Part shown: in pieces, positions 19,645-32,000 of the stretch
Numbering within the stretch: the stretch's first letter is position 1
Layout of the letters: each line of letters begins with the position of its first letter
Origin: Patescibacteria group bacterium
Lineage (GTDB): Bacteria; Patescibacteriota; Patescibacteriia; UM-FILTER-42-10
Length of the DNA stretch: 64,000 nt
Direction: 5' to 3'
NCBI GenBank assembly: GCA_041664365.1
Contig: JBAYKW010000003.1
Location: 28,696 to 92,695, forward strand
The notes under the pieces: generated by a model
Told to the model about the DNA's origin: nothing
Database searches by the model: none
The model's input: only the letters and a program-made list of their open reading frames with translations
Program-made: the position numbers and the translations under genes

Positions 19645-22600
19645 ATGCCGAGCAACCAAAAAAATCCAAAACGCCATTTTAAAAAATCAATATTTGGTGT
19701 TTTTATTTTCGTTGCTTTTTTCGTGCAGCTTTTTTTATTAGCGCCAAAACCGGCGAACGCAATTTTTGGAGTTGGGGATGTTACATTTTCCACTGTTATT
19801 GGAGATATTCCGGCAAAGTTGTGGAACGCAGTAACCTCAGCTGTAAAAAAATCAGGAGATATTGCTTATAAAAATGCACTGAAAACATTTACCCAGCAAC
19901 TTGCTTATGATGCTGCTGTTAAAATTGCCAGCGGAGCGGCGGGCCAACAACCGTTATTTAATACTAAGCCGTTTAGTAAATCAATCACAGATGCTGCCAA
20001 TGCGGCGGTCGGTGATTATCTTGACCAGATAACTACAGCAGCTTGGGGTAAAAGTCTTTGCGACATAGACCCGAAACTGAAAATTTCAATCCAGGCATCA
20101 ATCAATGTTGATTTGGGGTACGCAGGACCGCCAAGGCAGGCAAAGTGTACACTTTCCTCAATCACGAGCAGGTTGGGTAAGAAGAGCCTGAATGATTTTT
20201 ATGAAGTGGATGCGAAACTGGGTTTTGCCATTAAAGGCGTGGATCCTGCCCAGCTTTCCCAAGCTCTACTCAAAGGATTCCCGGAAATGTTCGGCGAGGA
20301 CCAGGCGGAAATTTCCCAGTACCTTTCGGTCTATAGAGGGGCAATGACTGAAAAGGAAAAAGCGGAAAAAGCGGAAGAAGCAAAACAGGCGAAGGATTTT
20401 AATAATCTAGTTAGTGCGATTACCGGTGATACTAAAACACCGGCGGCACAGGTTGAGGCAGTGGCGGAAGTTGCATTAACGGAAACAACAACACCTGAAA
20501 AAGTAACAACCGGTTCTATAATTGCTGACATGATCGGTGTGTTTAGTAATACTTTGGTTAAGAAGTATATGGAATTTATCTTGGTTAAAGGTTTAAACCC
20601 GAATGCGGACAGCACCGGATCAGTTCAGGGTAAATTCGGCAGGACATCGGGCATCGCTGCGGCGGAAGCAAAATTTGCATCATTCAACCAGCCTTCACTT
20701 GGTGCCGGAGGATCCGTGGACATTTTAAATACACTATCGACCTGCCCGACGGATTTCGCCGAGCCGGAAAACTGCGCGATTGATCCTAGTTTCCGAACAG
20801 CGGTAGAACAGCAGCTTCGTTTGGAAGAAGCGATTGAATCAGGCTACATTAATGGTGACAAGCCTTTCGGTTATGGAGATGGTGGAGCCCAGTTGAATTA
20901 CCAGGAGGGTTATCCATACCGCAGTTTGGTCCTGCTTAGAAGGTATCGGGTGATCCCGGTAAGTTGGGAACTGGCTGCATCGTACGTCAGAGAATTCGGG
21001 GGAGGAACTAAAACCCTGAATGAATTAATCAGAGAGTACGACGATCCAGCATCACAGTACTATCAGTTAATTGATCCGGATTGGGTTTTGAAAGCACCGG
21101 CCACGATGTGTGTCAATAGCGGTTACAATGAAACGTTTCTTTTTGATGAATATATTGATGAAGACGGAATAAATGAGACGCCAAAAATCCGCCAAATCCA
21201 ACGAAACACATCATGCGTTGATGATCAGTCCTGTATTGTAGAAGACGGCAATGGTAACTGCCAGCAGTATGGCTACTGTACCAAAGAAGATCCGATTTGG
21301 CGGTTTAACGGTGAATCGTGCCCTGATTATTATAATACTTGTACAACCTATACCAACAGACAGGGTCAGCCCGCTTCATATCTGGCGAAGACATTGGACT
21401 TTAACGGCTGTTCTGCGGATAATGTCGGTTGTCAGTGGTATTGTTCGGAATATAATACTACCGATGAAAGATGGGAATGTTATTATAATGATGATGGCGC
21501 TGCCGGCACGGAGGACTATGGCTATTGGAATTATGATCCGAATTCTCCGGGCGGTGGAATTGCAGAGCCAGCCTTGGCCTCAAGCTGGTTATCGCATCTG
21601 AATGCCAATGCGGAGAGTTGTACTGCCGGAGCGGACGGATGTAGTGAATTTGTTAGGACCGACCATGGCTCCAACTTAATCAGCAATGCCAGTTTTGAAT
21701 ATTATACAGGCACCCCCGACGATGGTAATGCAGATATTTTCACTAATTCATGGTCCGCTGTAAACGGAGCAGTTACCGAAGCGGATACGATCACTTCGCT
21801 GGGTGTTTCCCCATATTCAGACGTAACGGTTATGAATCTGCATTCAGCTGCTGTGCCTGGACCTTATATAATCTATGGAATTGATGCCGGGTCACCTGTC
21901 AGAAACAGGATATTTACGTATTCTTTTTATGCAATGCGAGATCCGGATCTGATTAATCCTGCGTGTACAGATACCGCTCGATTAGAACTATTACAGGCGG
22001 TCGGCCCTGCGTTGGCCTCAACAACTATAGATAATCTGAATGATCAATGGCAGAGATATCAAGTCACATATGCACATCCTGATTCATTCAATCCTGCCGT
22101 TTCCTATTTACTATTAAACATTGTTCCTGACACCGGCTGTAATATAATTATAGACGCCGCCAAAATAGAAGAAGCGGAAAGTGCCGGCCAGTATGAAAAT
22201 TATGGAGCGATAAATAGAGTTTATTTAACCGGAGAGCGGGAAAGTTGTAATCCGGATGATGTCGGGTGCCAGAACTATACACCGCTTGCCGGTGGTTCCG
22301 TGATCCCTGGGCAGGTTAGACCACAAGATCAGTGTGATAGTGCAGATGTCGGTTGCAAAGCTTTTGAGGAGGTCAAACTAACCAACGTTGTACCGCGCCC
22401 GGATAATATTGAACGTTCCGGCATGTATTGTTATGGCGGGGCAAACCAGGGCAATGCGTGTTTAGTTGCCGGTGATTGTCCGGCAGGATACTGCCTCCCG
22501 GCTATATCATTTGTTCCGGACACAGGCGCGCAATGTTCCGCAGCCTATGTTGGTTGTGAAGAATTTACGAATTTGGATGAAGTTTCGGCCGGCGGAGAAG

Positions 22601-25600
22601 GAAAGGAATATTATTCTTTTCTGAAACAATGCGTTACGCCAGCCGATACGGACATTGCTTCATATTATGCCTGGGAAGGTGACGCGGTAGCCGGATACCA
22701 GTTAAGAGCATTCCGACTGAAACGCAGTGATGTTGGCGGTGCATTTCCGGCCCCTTGTACTCATTTGGAAGTCGGACCGACACTCCCGCTGGATTGTGAA
22801 GATTCATTAAACACTGTTGATGATTGTACTAGTGAGTACGGTATAAATCCTGATTGTACACAATTCTTTGATTCAAATTTAAATATATTTTATCGGTATA
22901 AAACGCAAACTATATCAGTAACAGAAGACTGCCACCCGGAGAGAAACAGTATAGACAACCTGACGTATTATGGATCGCCAAGCGAAAGCCGGTCATGTCC
23001 GGCACAATTTGCCGGGTGCAGAGAATACCTGGGAAATGCGGGATACAATTACCGACAGGTTAATTATGATGATTTTGAAGACGGTACCAATCAGGGTTGG
23101 AGTGCAGGTGTTGTAAGTCCTGAATCAGTTATGCTTAACGGTCATTCACTGAACATAGCGTCACCAAATCCAGTGAATAAGGAACCGCTTGATGAAACAC
23201 TGGAAAATAAAAAGACATATATGTTGAGTTTCTGGGCAAAAGGTACCAGCGTAGCCCCGACTATTCGGTTTAACCACGCATTAAATAATAATGGTTATTT
23301 TGCTGATGCGGATCCGGCAACATTCCCCGCTTCAGTAGTTTTGACTAGTGATTGGAATAAATATACACTTGGTCCGGTGAATATTGATACTAATGACTAC
23401 GTTGGTAATGTCGTGCCGGATGGTTTGGTTATTGAGGGCTTAGCCGGTGTTAATGACTATTTTGATAACATCGAACTGATTGAGACATCCAGCAGTCAAT
23501 ACCTGATCCGCGGGTCGTTTAGAACCTGTTATGGATCGGAAAACTGCGAGGCGTATTCTGATTGGGAAAATGTAACTCACAATCTAAAATCATTCACAAA
23601 ATTGTGTTCGGAAGACACGGTGGGATGTGAAGCACTAATTGATACACAGAATAACAGTAATCCGTTTACACAGGTATACGGCAGTGGAGTGCTTAGCGCC
23701 GAAACTATTCCGATTGATCAAGTGGTTACACTGATTAATGATCCGGATAAATATTGTGCTGCCGAGGATAAAGGGTGTAAAAAACTCGGTAAACCAATCA
23801 TTGATGCGAATAACAATCTTGTTTCTTATGAAGATACCTATTTAAAGGACAACCCGGAAGATTATGATGATATCTGGTGTGGTCAAACCGAGGTAGGTTG
23901 TGAGGAATACGGCTTTTCAGATAGCGGTGGTAAAACATTTTTCAAACAACCAAACGGCCGGACGTGTGAATACAAGCAACTACTGGGGACATATGAATTT
24001 AATTGGTATGTTGTCGGCACCGAAGAGGTCTGCGATCAGACACCAACTCCGCCTAATCCGGCGATTCCAGCATTTGTTTGTACGGAAGGAGCACTAGGCG
24101 GACCGCCGGCAGGGACAATTTGTGATCCGGAAAATCCAGTCGCCTGTACAGGATCAAGCACCTGCATACCGTGGGTCGGTTTGTGCGACTCGAAAGCTAA
24201 CGGATGCACGGCGTATAGCGATCCGATGGATCCGGTTGGCTGTCAGCCAAACTGCCCGTTTGAAAACGGAGCGTTTTATGATGAAAATTGCGTGGAGACG
24301 CCGGGCGGACTTCCGGGATGTGCGACATACTACAATATAAAATCAACAGTTGATTCAACCAGTTGTAACGGTGTGGTCAACGAAGAAAAGGGATGTAAGC
24401 TGTTTAGTGACACGCAACAATCTCTCAACTATTCAGCGGATTTAAGTCCGGATGGTATAAAAAATTATTGTGATCTTACTGATCCATCAACTTATGGAAA
24501 TGAATGCGATGTTGATGCTGATTGCGGAACCGGAATTTGTTTCCCGAATCCGGAATTTGGAGCGCCGGTATTGGGCAGAGACGGCACTTGCGTCGGCGGG
24601 ACGAACCCGGGTGATCCTTGCACTAATGCAGCGGATTGTCTTGATGCAGGTGTCTGTGATCCATATGCCATTACTGCCGAGAGTCCGTCGCTTGATTCCA
24701 ACACTGTATTGAAGGTGAAAAGAGACCGGGTTTGTGAAGAATGGCTATATTGTAAAACTTCATTTGAAGTGGACGACGAAACGGATACCGACGGTGACGG
24801 CAAAACAAAAGAAGATGTTTGTTTTGAAATCGGTCTGTGCGATGAGGCTGGGTCAAACGGTTCCTGTGCCAGCACGATTGATACGGCGCCGGTCAATGTA
24901 ACCGGCGATACCCCGGCGTATCCTCTGGATGAATTCCAGAACCTTTCCGGTTTTGTCAGCGCCGGTCTGCATTATGGCTGTCGAACCGACCATTCTGTGG
25001 CTTGCACGGTTGCCACCGAAGCTACTGCCTGCGCCGGCTATGGGGATGAATGCGATATTATTGAAGGATACTATCCTTATTCGGAGATGTATGAAGTAGG
25101 GTTGGGCGGAGCGGTAACCAAGGATTTGGTACGTTTTGGCAATTTTGAATCTGACGCATTATCCCAGTTTATGGTTTGTAGTTCAGATATGGGGAATAAA
25201 GATTCTTCTTGTATTATAAATGAACACTGTATACCAGATGAGGATTCGCCAACTGATCCTGATTGTCTTGATGTAAATGATGAACAAACATGGACAACTC
25301 TTTACCCGAATATTGGAATGGACAGTGCTATTTCAGTTGTTGAAGGAGATACGATCAAAGATGGAAATGCGGCACTCGATGAAAACAACTATCTGCTTTA
25401 TACGGCAGGATCACTGGGGGTGTGCGATAGTGACTCAACTAACGAAGGAACGCTATGTACCCTAGCCGGTACTGAATGTACTGGCGGGGGACTTTGTTCG
25501 TTCACTGGATTGGGTGTGAAGACCAGCTTGGGAACGAATATATTAAATAAAGCTGAATATATTGCCAGTCTTGATTTCCGATTTATCAATATGCCTGAAG

Positions 25601-28600
25601 CAGGGCAGGAACAAATTTCAATCTCTCTTGCACAAATTGATAGTTTCACCGGCAATATTGTTGGAGAAAATATTTTAGGCTATTTCGATGGTTCAACCGG
25701 CTGGACGGAGCAAATTCTGAAACCGGTGGTGGTTACGGGTATACCGGATGAAAATGCGGAAACTTTCCTTTTGATTAGAAGTATGAGTGGTAATGTTCCC
25801 TTTGCTATCGATAATGTTTCTATGAAGCCGGCACTGACAGTGAAAGCATCTGAATCAGCCGGAATTCGTGGTGATTATTACACTCTTATCTATGATAATT
25901 CAGGTATTCCCGGTCTGTCATATAGTTATTCAGGTACAACTACATATACTGGAACTGATCTTCAAATCAATGAATATGAATATTGTGTCCATGGTGATTA
26001 TGCATATCTACCACCACTTTGTACAGTACATAATGTACCTACAGGGCAAAGATGGTCTACTCCAAATGAGACTACGACATGGAATGGCGGAATCCTAATT
26101 GACTCCAGCGGTTTCCATACGGTATTTGTGAATATTAACGACGGTTTCAGGCTCTATGTTGATGATATGGTTACACCAATATTTGACCAATATGGCGGTG
26201 GTGTTGCAACTCAAGGGTATATGTTTAGCGGATATTTTACCGCCGGGTGGCATCCTATAAAACTCGAGTGGATTAATAATGGAGATGACGGCGGTGTGCA
26301 GCTAGGGAGTGTGGCCGGTACTTATACAAACAATGATTGTAATGGAACCATTCTTCCTAATTTCTGCCAGCGCTATTTTGACGGTGTTGATCAAGGACCA
26401 ATCGGAGCGGATATTGCTGATGGTGCTCGCGATTTCCCGATACCTTTGAATTATATAATCGGTCCAAGCCATCTGACAACACAACTTGATAGGGTATTCG
26501 GCACATATTTAGGAACGCATGTCAGTGAGTATCTGGATTACGATGCCGCGAGCATGGGCCCGCACTTGATTGACGTAACTGGTGCAGATGAGAAAATAGC
26601 GGTGCGCTGGACCGGAAAACTGCTAGTGGAAACAGCCGGTAATCATCAGTTCCAACTGCAACACGACGACGGAGTTAGGTTCTTTATAGATGACCTCGAT
26701 ACGCCAATCCCAGCTTCAAATGTGTGGAGTGATGGGAGTGGTACGGTTACATTTACTGTCAATGGACTTGATACCGGATCGCATCCAATAAAAATAGAAT
26801 ATTACCAAAATGAAGGAAATTCCAGTTTAAGTTTCTTATGGCAACCACCGGGAGCACCGGGGATGACAGTCGTTCCGACAACAAATTTATCAACGACAGA
26901 TGGTGATCAACAATATATCAAACGCTCCTGCCGTGCTTATCCTAGGGAGGATTCGGAAGTCTGCCAATATACCAACAGCGACCTGGTGCAGTTCAACGGC
27001 TGGCAGGGGTACTGTATTGAGACAGACCCGACCAACCCGAATAAATGTATCACCTGGTGGCCGGTAGATGCGATCTCCGGCGAGTCCAGTGTATTCGGTA
27101 CAGTGGAACCGGCCGGTTATCAAGGCAGGAGACCTCTTTATATGTGCGTGGAGTCAACTGGTAATTATAATGAAACAAGTACGTTTAATGACTTAATGGT
27201 TAATGGCGCGCAGTCATCTTGTCCGGATGATGAAGAGGGAGACATTAACATGCCGGTTTCAGAAATGCTCGGTCAGTTTTATGGGTATCGTCATCCGATA
27301 AAAACAAATTGGGCAAATATTCAGGCTGGTGCGGATAGTGATTGTGATGGTGGAGAAGATACAGCCTGTGGCATGGTAGAGAATCATGCTCCTTGTAGAG
27401 TAATTGGTGGAGGAACAAGCGCGAATCTCTATGGCTTTTGCGGCTGTACTGGTGGGGCAACAATGAGTTATTTAGTTGTCGATGCTTTAGAACAGGATAA
27501 ATTCTATGAATGGGAAATAGACCGAATTGAATGGACGGCACAAAGATCAAGTCATGGCGATTGGCCACAGGGTCAAACAACTTGGATCGCAAATAAAGCA
27601 AATGATTGGACAGTGCAGGGAGATGAAAGTAACTGGTTCAAAGATAAAGACGCATCGATTGAATGCGGTTCTCAAAACTGTTTCAATTTCAAAGTAAATT
27701 TTGACGGTAATCAATTGTTAGACAGTTTCAGAGTGCATATGGTTGATGGAAGTCAAGCTTGGGGTGGTATGTGGGTAACAGGTACGATATATTTGCGTGA
27801 TGTTTGTAAGGAAGTCGCTAAAGTTGTCAGTTCAACCGACGACAGTGCATGGGCGCAAAGAACAGCATCTGCCAGCTCATATATCATTCAGGACCTTTTA
27901 TATTCTTACAGTTCTGACGCTGCACCGTTTGGCGCAATGGTTGCCGGAGCAGGTGCTGATCCGGGTGAATCGTGGGGCAAAGATTCTTCTGGTCTACTAC
28001 CGGTATTACTTGAAGGACTTGATAGTTCACCATCGCCTGCAGTAAACAACACCAGGCTGGGGCAGTCGTACAGCTGTAGTGCAAGATGTAATAATAGCCC
28101 CACTACTTATTGTGAAGTAAACGCGGATTGTCCTCTAGGTGGTTTATGCGATCGTACCAGTTGTGTGCCAAAAGTTTGTTTTGGTGGAGCTAACGATTCA
28201 GTACATCGCAGTGTACAATATTCCTGTTCTTCGGATGCGGATTGTCAGGGAACAGAAGATGATCGCGCAGTCTGTGTAGGAGTTGGTTTATGTAGTGGTG
28301 ATCAGACGATTGAATGTACGACTGATACAGATTGCGGAACAGCAGGTTCATGTGTTGGCGCTGATGCGAAGCTGAAGGGTGATGGGCCAGTAAATACAGG
28401 AAATGCATGGGCTCTAGAAAGGTTACAAAGAATATTTGCCAATGTCTATGGATCATGGCGCTGGGATGATGCAACTGGTTCTTATGTTGATGTCCCTGAT
28501 TTTGGCGGTTCGTGGAGACAGGTATGGAATGATAAATTCGATAATATGGTTTTATGTAATTTAAACGGAACAGGACCGCGCCCAATTTGGCCAGGACCAG

Positions 28601-29031
28601 AAACTGACTACTGCGCGATTTTACCGAAGGTTAGTAATATACTGGTCAACGGAACAACCGGCGATGTGGTGATGAATGGTGGAGGTTCAGTTACACTGTC
28701 GTTTACCAGTTTTGTTGATGCTGAGCAGGAGGAGTTGAAGAATATAATTGTGGACTGGGGTGATGGTTCAACGCCAACCTCTATTGTGTGGAATGGCGCG
28801 CCGAAATCTGATCCGAGTCAACCGCATCTATTCTCACATACCTATGATGATGTTGTTGGTCCAGGGGCGGGGGAATACCAGATTGAAATCATGCTGAAAG
28901 ACAATTGGGGTTTCTGCAACAATGCTGTTTTGCCTCCGGGTCCAAATTATAGACAATGTGATATTAATGGATTATTTCCTTACCATGAGTATACAGAATA
29001 TGACGGTATAATCCGTGTCTACCCAAGCTAA
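19645..29031 (+). CDS. Giant (3128 aa) secreted Cys-rich surface protein with two PA14 domains
   Basis: Signal/anchor FGVFIFVAFFVQLFLLAPKPANA. More than 150 Cys in CxxC/CxxxxC arrays. PA14-like segments at about nt 25861-26290 (GIRGDYY..RLYVDDMV..WHPIKLEWINNGDDG) and about 26560-26860 (VRWTGKLL..HQFQLQHDDGVRFFIDD..HPIKIEYYQNEG..LWQPPG). Confidence 0.7.
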   Translation: MPSNQKNPKRHFKKSIFGVFIFVAFFVQLFLLAPKPANAIFGVGDVTFSTVIGDIPAKLWNAVTSAVKKSGDIAYKNALKTFTQQLAYDAAVKIASGAAGQQPLFNTKPFSKSITDAANAAVGDYLDQITTAAWGKSLCDIDPKLKISIQASINVDLGYAGPPRQAKCTLSSITSRLGKKSLNDFYEVDAKLGFAIKGVDPAQLSQALLKGFPEMFGEDQAEISQYLSVYRGAMTEKEKAEKAEEAKQAKDFNNLVSAITGDTKTPAAQVEAVAEVALTETTTPEKVTTGSIIADMIGVFSNTLVKKYMEFILVKGLNPNADSTGSVQGKFGRTSGIAAAEAKFASFNQPSLGAGGSVDILNTLSTCPTDFAEPENCAIDPSFRTAVEQQLRLEEAIESGYINGDKPFGYGDGGAQLNYQEGYPYRSLVLLRRYRVIPVSWELAASYVREFGGGTKTLNELIREYDDPASQYYQLIDPDWVLKAPATMCVNSGYNETFLFDEYIDEDGINETPKIRQIQRNTSCVDDQSCIVEDGNGNCQQYGYCTKEDPIWRFNGESCPDYYNTCTTYTNRQGQPASYLAKTLDFNGCSADNVGCQWYCSEYNTTDERWECYYNDDGAAGTEDYGYWNYDPNSPGGGIAEPALASSWLSHLNANAESCTAGADGCSEFVRTDHGSNLISNASFEYYTGTPDDGNADIFTNSWSAVNGAVTEADTITSLGVSPYSDVTVMNLHSAAVPGPYIIYGIDAGSPVRNRIFTYSFYAMRDPDLINPACTDTARLELLQAVGPALASTTIDNLNDQWQRYQVTYAHPDSFNPAVSYLLLNIVPDTGCNIIIDAAKIEEAESAGQYENYGAINRVYLTGERESCNPDDVGCQNYTPLAGGSVIPGQVRPQDQCDSADVGCKAFEEVKLTNVVPRPDNIERSGMYCYGGANQGNACLVAGDCPAGYCLPAISFVPDTGAQCSAAYVGCEEFTNLDEVSAGGEGKEYYSFLKQCVTPADTDIASYYAWEGDAVAGYQLRAFRLKRSDVGGAFPAPCTHLEVGPTLPLDCEDSLNTVDDCTSEYGINPDCTQFFDSNLNIFYRYKTQTISVTEDCHPERNSIDNLTYYGSPSESRSCPAQFAGCREYLGNAGYNYRQVNYDDFEDGTNQGWSAGVVSPESVMLNGHSLNIASPNPVNKEPLDETLENKKTYMLSFWAKGTSVAPTIRFNHALNNNGYFADADPATFPASVVLTSDWNKYTLGPVNIDTNDYVGNVVPDGLVIEGLAGVNDYFDNIELIETSSSQYLIRGSFRTCYGSENCEAYSDWENVTHNLKSFTKLCSEDTVGCEALIDTQNNSNPFTQVYGSGVLSAETIPIDQVVTLINDPDKYCAAEDKGCKKLGKPIIDANNNLVSYEDTYLKDNPEDYDDIWCGQTEVGCEEYGFSDSGGKTFFKQPNGRTCEYKQLLGTYEFNWYVVGTEEVCDQTPTPPNPAIPAFVCTEGALGGPPAGTICDPENPVACTGSSTCIPWVGLCDSKANGCTAYSDPMDPVGCQPNCPFENGAFYDENCVETPGGLPGCATYYNIKSTVDSTSCNGVVNEEKGCKLFSDTQQSLNYSADLSPDGIKNYCDLTDPSTYGNECDVDADCGTGICFPNPEFGAPVLGRDGTCVGGTNPGDPCTNAADCLDAGVCDPYAITAESPSLDSNTVLKVKRDRVCEEWLYCKTSFEVDDETDTDGDGKTKEDVCFEIGLCDEAGSNGSCASTIDTAPVNVTGDTPAYPLDEFQNLSGFVSAGLHYGCRTDHSVACTVATEATACAGYGDECDIIEGYYPYSEMYEVGLGGAVTKDLVRFGNFESDALSQFMVCSSDMGNKDSSCIINEHCIPDEDSPTDPDCLDVNDEQTWTTLYPNIGMDSAISVVEGDTIKDGNAALDENNYLLYTAGSLGVCDSDSTNEGTLCTLAGTECTGGGLCSFTGLGVKTSLGTNILNKAEYIASLDFRFINMPEAGQEQISISLAQIDSFTGNIVGENILGYFDGSTGWTEQILKPVVVTGIPDENAETFLLIRSMSGNVPFAIDNVSMKPALTVKASESAGIRGDYYTLIYDNSGIPGLSYSYSGTTTYTGTDLQINEYEYCVHGDYAYLPPLCTVHNVPTGQRWSTPNETTTWNGGILIDSSGFHTVFVNINDGFRLYVDDMVTPIFDQYGGGVATQGYMFSGYFTAGWHPIKLEWINNGDDGGVQLGSVAGTYTNNDCNGTILPNFCQRYFDGVDQGPIGADIADGARDFPIPLNYIIGPSHLTTQLDRVFGTYLGTHVSEYLDYDAASMGPHLIDVTGADEKIAVRWTGKLLVETAGNHQFQLQHDDGVRFFIDDLDTPIPASNVWSDGSGTVTFTVNGLDTGSHPIKIEYYQNEGNSSLSFLWQPPGAPGMTVVPTTNLSTTDGDQQYIKRSCRAYPREDSEVCQYTNSDLVQFNGWQGYCIETDPTNPNKCITWWPVDAISGESSVFGTVEPAGYQGRRPLYMCVESTGNYNETSTFNDLMVNGAQSSCPDDEEGDINMPVSEMLGQFYGYRHPIKTNWANIQAGADSDCDGGEDTACGMVENHAPCRVIGGGTSANLYGFCGCTGGATMSYLVVDALEQDKFYEWEIDRIEWTAQRSSHGDWPQGQTTWIANKANDWTVQGDESNWFKDKDASIECGSQNCFNFKVNFDGNQLLDSFRVHMVDGSQAWGGMWVTGTIYLRDVCKEVAKVVSSTDDSAWAQRTASASSYIIQDLLYSYSSDAAPFGAMVAGAGADPGESWGKDSSGLLPVLLEGLDSSPSPAVNNTRLGQSYSCSARCNNSPTTYCEVNADCPLGGLCDRTSCVPKVCFGGANDSVHRSVQYSCSSDADCQGTEDDRAVCVGVGLCSGDQTIECTTDTDCGTAGSCVGADAKLKGDGPVNTGNAWALERLQRIFANVYGSWRWDDATGSYVDVPDFGGSWRQVWNDKFDNMVLCNLNGTGPRPIWPGPETDYCAILPKVSNILVNGTTGDVVMNGGGSVTLSFTSFVDAEQEELKNIIVDWGDGSTPTSIVWNGAPKSDPSQPHLFSHTYDDVVGPGAGEYQIEIMLKDNWGFCNNAVLPPGPNYRQCDINGLFPYHEYTEYDGIIRVYPS

Positions 29032-29043
29032 GCAAAATAAATA

Positions 29044-32000
29044 ATGTTCAGAAAGAATTTTTCTCGATTCAGAAAAGCACTGTTACCAATTATTGGTGTA
29101 TTGCTTTTAGTTGTGTTTGTCGGGTTGTTGATGCCAGGGGAAACAAAAGCAAATTGGGTTGCAGATGGATTTATCAGTGTCATTGGTTCGTTCGGCGGTA
29201 AAATACTGGAGTTACTCGGTGCATTGCTCGGTCTGCTGATTGAAATGACGATCAAGATATTCCGCTTCAATAATTTCGTCAATATGAAAGCTCCACCGGC
29301 GGTGCATATCGGTTGGACAATCGTCAGAGATCTGTCCAACATGATGTTTATCGTAATACTGATCGTGATTGCTTTCGGTACCATTATGAAGATCCAGGCA
29401 TACCATGCCCGCAGTCTTTTGACGAAAATGATTATCATGATAATCCTGATAAATTTCAGCAAGACAATCACAGGATTGTTTGTGGATTTCTCACAGGTGA
29501 TCATGCTGACATTTGTGGATTCGTTCAGTGATTCAGCTCCGATTGTGCTTACGGTCGGCCTGAATTTGAATCAAATGGTCAGTTTTGCCAAGGAAACGGA
29601 TGGAAAATTAGGGGTTGTATCTGTGCTAGTTGCGGTTTTTCTGGCTAACGCCATGCTGGTGGTCGCGATTGCGGTCATCCTTGCCATGCTGGTTATCCTT
29701 ATCTATAGAATCCTGAATATTTGGATTTTAGTTATACTTTCCCCGATAGCTTATGTTGCATCGGTCCTACCTAACACGTCGCGGTATGCCTCCAGATGGT
29801 GGTCGGAGCTGGGAAAGAATCTCTCATCCGGACCGATTTTGGCTTTCTTTTTATGGTTGTCGCTTTCCATCATTTCCACCAGCGCCGGTGCGCCGATTGA
29901 TTTATCTGATCCGAGCATTGGTGGAATAACCAACGAACCTATTTCTGATGAGCTTGATGATACACAACTGCCGAAAGGTGCTTCGGCAATTATGAATACT
30001 CAGAACATGTTCAACTACATAATTACCATCGCCCTTTTATTAACCGGAATCATGTTGACACAAGAGTTAGGGGTGATGGGAGGAAGTACAGCTGCTAAAT
30101 TCCCGGCTATGGCGAAAAAAATCGGCATGGGCGCCGTCACCAAGCCGTTTAGTAAAGGATCACAAGCATGGGCATGGGGTGCCAGAAAGATCAGAGCCGG
30201 CGGAATAGGCAAGAAGAATGCGGAAGGAAGGGGTTTTATGCAAGGAGTTGATCTGAATCCGGCAAGTGTGCTTCGCACCATGAAGGGTGGTTTTGACCGA
30301 AAACGCGATCAGGAAGAACGTACAGGAAGGGTTGAAACCGGCAGAAGGCTGGAACAAGGAGGATTTACGGGAGGGATATTGGGGGCGGGATCATCATCCT
30401 GGGTGGATAATTATGCCCAAGGGTTTTTATATAATAAAGGTATTAAGCATCTGTTTAAAGGAAAGCAAGGTGATATTACGGCTATGGATACGGAAAGACA
30501 CCGCCAGGAAGAAGAAATGAAAAAACTGCAGGAAATGAGTCAACAGCAAAATACCACGGAAGCATATACTGATATAGCTGGTGGCGATTTGGATCATGCC
30601 GTTGGGGAGGTTGAGAGTATTGATTTTGAAATTAAAGGGATAAAAGTTCAGGCCGAGGCGGCAGATAACGTTTATCATACACCCGATAATCTGGATGCGG
30701 AGGCATTGGAAATTGAAAATCAAGTTAGTAGCGGTATGTTGTTACCGGGTGATATTAAATCACTTGAAGCGCAATCAAAAGTCCTCCGTAAGCAATCTGC
30801 AGATACCGGGGACATTAAACTTTCTGAAGAGGCGGATGCAATTGATGTAAGGATCGGGGCCGGTGTGTTGTCTGATGACGAAAAAGGTTATCTTGCAGAA
30901 TCCGCCAAAGCTAAACGTGCGGAAGCTAATCGACTCCGTGAAAGTCGCAGATTGGCAGAGGGCCAAGAGAAACCGTCCGATCTGGACGATCAGGCATTTC
31001 AGATCCAGAATACAATTAGTTCTGGTGTTTGGACGCCGGAACAAATACAATCAATCAAAAGAGAAGCCAATGATAAACGTGAGGAAGCAGAAGTAATCAG
31101 AAGAGAAGATCCTACTGGGGCTGATGCAGTGGCACAAGCAAGGGTGGCTGCCTTGGAAAAAGAAGCTGGTGAAATAGATACACTAGTTGATCCGGCTGCA
31201 AAGAAATTGGATGAAATGGAAGAGCTCAAAGCAAAAGCTAAAGCCAAACGTGATGAAGCAGCAGCAACTACGGATACTACAAAGCAAATAGCTTTGGAAA
31301 AAGAAGCGGTTGATATAGAGGCAGAAATCAAAGATGTTGAAGTATCGCCGGGAGAAAGTTCGCGACTATTTTCGATTGCTGAAGCTAAACGCAAGGATTC
31401 AGAAAAACTACGAGCCGTAGAACCGGCAGAAAGAATAGCGGAATTGAGTGCCCGACGAGAAAAAGCAATAGCGGAAAAAGCAAAGAAACAGTCGGAGTTA
31501 GACGAATTCAACAATATGACAGATGGGATAGATGCTAGTGGTAAAAAAGTAACAAGATCGGAAAGACAGCGTGAATTTGCACGAGCTAGACTGAAAGAAA
31601 TGGCTGCGGAAAAGGAAGCGGCCCGCCAAGCTCTGTTGGATGGTGGACTTAGCGATGCTCAAAAAGATGACAGAAATAGTCAAATCAAAGCTAAAGACAT
31701 AAAGATAAAAGTAGTTACTGATGATATAAATAGGAAAGCTGCTTTAGGCGAAAGTACAGATCTTTTGAGAAAAATGCTGGCAGAGCTGAAAAAAGACAGA
31801 AACGCTTTACAAGTTGATGAAACTACGGGAAAAGTTAGCGATAACGCCAAGGCAACTGACAAAGAAAGAGAAGCCAACGAGCCGCAGATAGAATTTTTGA
31901 AAAAAGAAGCGGATAAATTCAATGAAATCGCAGGCAGGGAAGATATGGATGAGACTGTGCGGAAAAACTATGCGGACGAAGCAGCAAAAAAACATAAAAT

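Noticed and set aside
20331-28585. Numerous short minus-strand and alternate-frame ORFs inside the 3128-aa giant gene
   Set aside because: They are fully nested within a long, motif-rich coding frame and have low-complexity translations. They are shadow ORFs.
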